This document shows positions 62,805-64,000 of a DNA stretch of 64,000 nt, piece by piece. The DNA comes from Guillardia theta CCMP2712 (Eukaryota; Protista; Cryptophyta). Each line of letters begins with the position of its first letter. Position 1 is the stretch's first letter. The DNA lies in contig NW_005434604.1 of assembly GCF_000315625.1 (NCBI RefSeq), positions 366,791 through 430,790 of the forward strand, written 5' to 3'. The notes beneath the pieces were generated by a model. The model was not told where the DNA came from. It saw only the letters and a program-made list of their open reading frames with translations, and ran no database searches. The translations under genes were made by a program, and so were the position numbers.

Positions 62805-63094
62805 AGGATATAAGATGGTTGGAAGATGACTGGGTAAAGATCAACGAGGAAGGATCAAAAGGGAAGCCTCAAAAGCAAGCAACCAGGATCAGCATGGCAG
62901 GGAAGGGGCAAGGACACAGAAGACAGATGGAAGACGACAGGGCAACGGTCAACGAGGACAGACCGAAGGGGAAGCCTCACAGGCGAAAAACAACCAACAT
63001 GGCAAGGAAGGGGCAAGGACACAGGAGACAGATGGATGACGACAGGGGAAAGGGCAACGAGGACAGACCGATGGGGAAGCTTCACAAGCGGTAG
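62801..63094 (+). CDS. 97-aa basic ORF made of ~35-aa (105-bp) repeats, overlapping ORF1 stop (ATGA)
   Basis: GATGG.. repeat starts at 62926 and 63031. Confidence 0.4.
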   Translation: MKDIRWLEDDWVKINEEGSKGKPQKQATRISMAGKGQGHRRQMEDDRATVNEDRPKGKPHRRKTTNMARKGQGHRRQMDDDRGKGNEDRPMGKLHKR

Positions 63095-63376
63095 GCAGGG
63101 AAGGGACATGGACTTAGCGCAAAAAATAGAAAGGTGGACGGTTACACTGAAACCGTCAACCCGGGCCCGGAGGAGATACGGCACCGGCGGCTCGGAACGG
63201 AGGACTATGGAAACAACAGAAACAGCGGAACAGCGATAGAACTCTGGATGCCACAACGGGCCATCCAAGAAGGGCCGCTCTGCCAAGCGTGAGAACCCAT
63301 TTAGACTAGACTAGACCGGGAAGGTACCCGATGCGACTATTCTAGCATTCCAATAAAATCGACTACTACTACTACT

Positions 63377-63887
63377 AGGGTTTAGGGTTTAGGGTTTAGG
63401 GTTTTAGGGTTTAGGGTTTAGGGTTTAGGGTTTAGGGTTTAGGGTTTAGGGTTTAGGGTTTAGGGTTTAGGGTTTAGGGTTTAGGGTTTAGGGTTTAGGG
63501 TTTAGGGTTTAGGGTTTAGGGTTTAGGGTTTAGGGTTTAGGGTTTAGGGTTTAGGGTTTAGGGTTTAGGGTTTAGGGTTTAGGGTTTAGGGTTTAGGGTT
63601 TAGGGTTTAGGGTTTAGGGTTTAGGGTTTAGGGTTTAGGGTTTAGGGTTTAGGGTTTAGGGTTTAGGGTTTAGGGTTTAGGGTTTAGGGTTTAGGGTTTA
63701 GGGTTTAGGGTTTAGGGTTTAGGGTTTAGGGTTTAGGGTTTAGGGTTTAGGGTTTAGGGTTTAGGGTTTAGGGTTTAGGGTTTAGGGTTTAGGGTTTAGG
63801 GTTTAGGGTTTAGGGTTTAGGGTTTAGGGTTTAGGGTTTAGGGTTTAGGGTTTAGGGTTTAGGGTTTAGGGTTTAGGGTTTAGGGTT
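63377..63887 (+). repeat. Telomeric array (TTTAGGG)~73
   Basis: 511 bp, pure except one TTTT variant near 63402. Confidence 0.99.
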
Positions 63888-64000
63888 ATTTTCGGCAGCA
63901 TGGCTCCTCGCCAGGTGTAGGGGAAGCCGCCAGGGCGCCAAGGAAGCTGCAAGCGAGAGGTTTGTATACTTCAAACAGCTTTCTAAATATGGTTCTTCAG
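63885..64000 (+). mobile_element. 5' end of the next copy of the telomere-embedded element (cut by window edge)
   Basis: Identical to 61397-61512. Confidence 0.9.

Larger units (their letters stand above)
61388..63376 (+). mobile_element. ~2.0-kb telomere-embedded element (putative non-autonomous non-LTR retroelement)
   Basis: Bounded by TTTAGGG tracts; contains an ORF1-like gene, AATAAA and an (ACT)5 tail; its 5' end recurs at 63885. Confidence 0.75.

Noticed and set aside
61388-63376. Athena/Terminon- or HeT-A-style attachment to the chromosome 3' end
   Set aside because: End-priming would place the element antisense on the G-strand with its 3' end proximal. Here the sense strand and tail are on the G-strand and distal, which fits endonuclease insertion or recombination better.

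Overview
Eukaryotic, intron-rich genomic DNA. Short GT-AG introns and (TTTAGGG)n repeats are consistent with a cryptophyte alga such as Guillardia theta; this is an inference. From 1 to 28.4 kb lie spliced genes: an FkbM + glycosyltransferase-like fusion, an ankyrin protein, a DUF4614/C19orf44-like protein, an EML/WD40 protein, a class I methyltransferase, two tRNA-Leu(AAG), a decayed intronless ORF island, a SET-MYND protein and importin-11 with an intronic (ATGACT)n. From 29.1 to 57.6 kb is a tandem array of about 5 copies of a ~6.5-6.8 kb unit. Each complete unit carries two divergent genes for a small HTH + AT-hook protein that share 282-bp inverted arms, with signs of inter-arm conversion and dimeric higher-order structure. 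A cNMP-binding protein gene follows at 58.9-60.6 kb. From 60.95 kb to the end, telomeric TTTAGGG tracts are interrupted by co-oriented elements. The two elements whose right ends are visible finish in a conserved stem-loop + (ACT)5 tail joined at TTT^AGGG. These look like an RT-less, ORF1-only telomere-targeted retroelement family and are the top candidate for an undescribed system. All family assignments are by visual motif recognition; no database searches were run.
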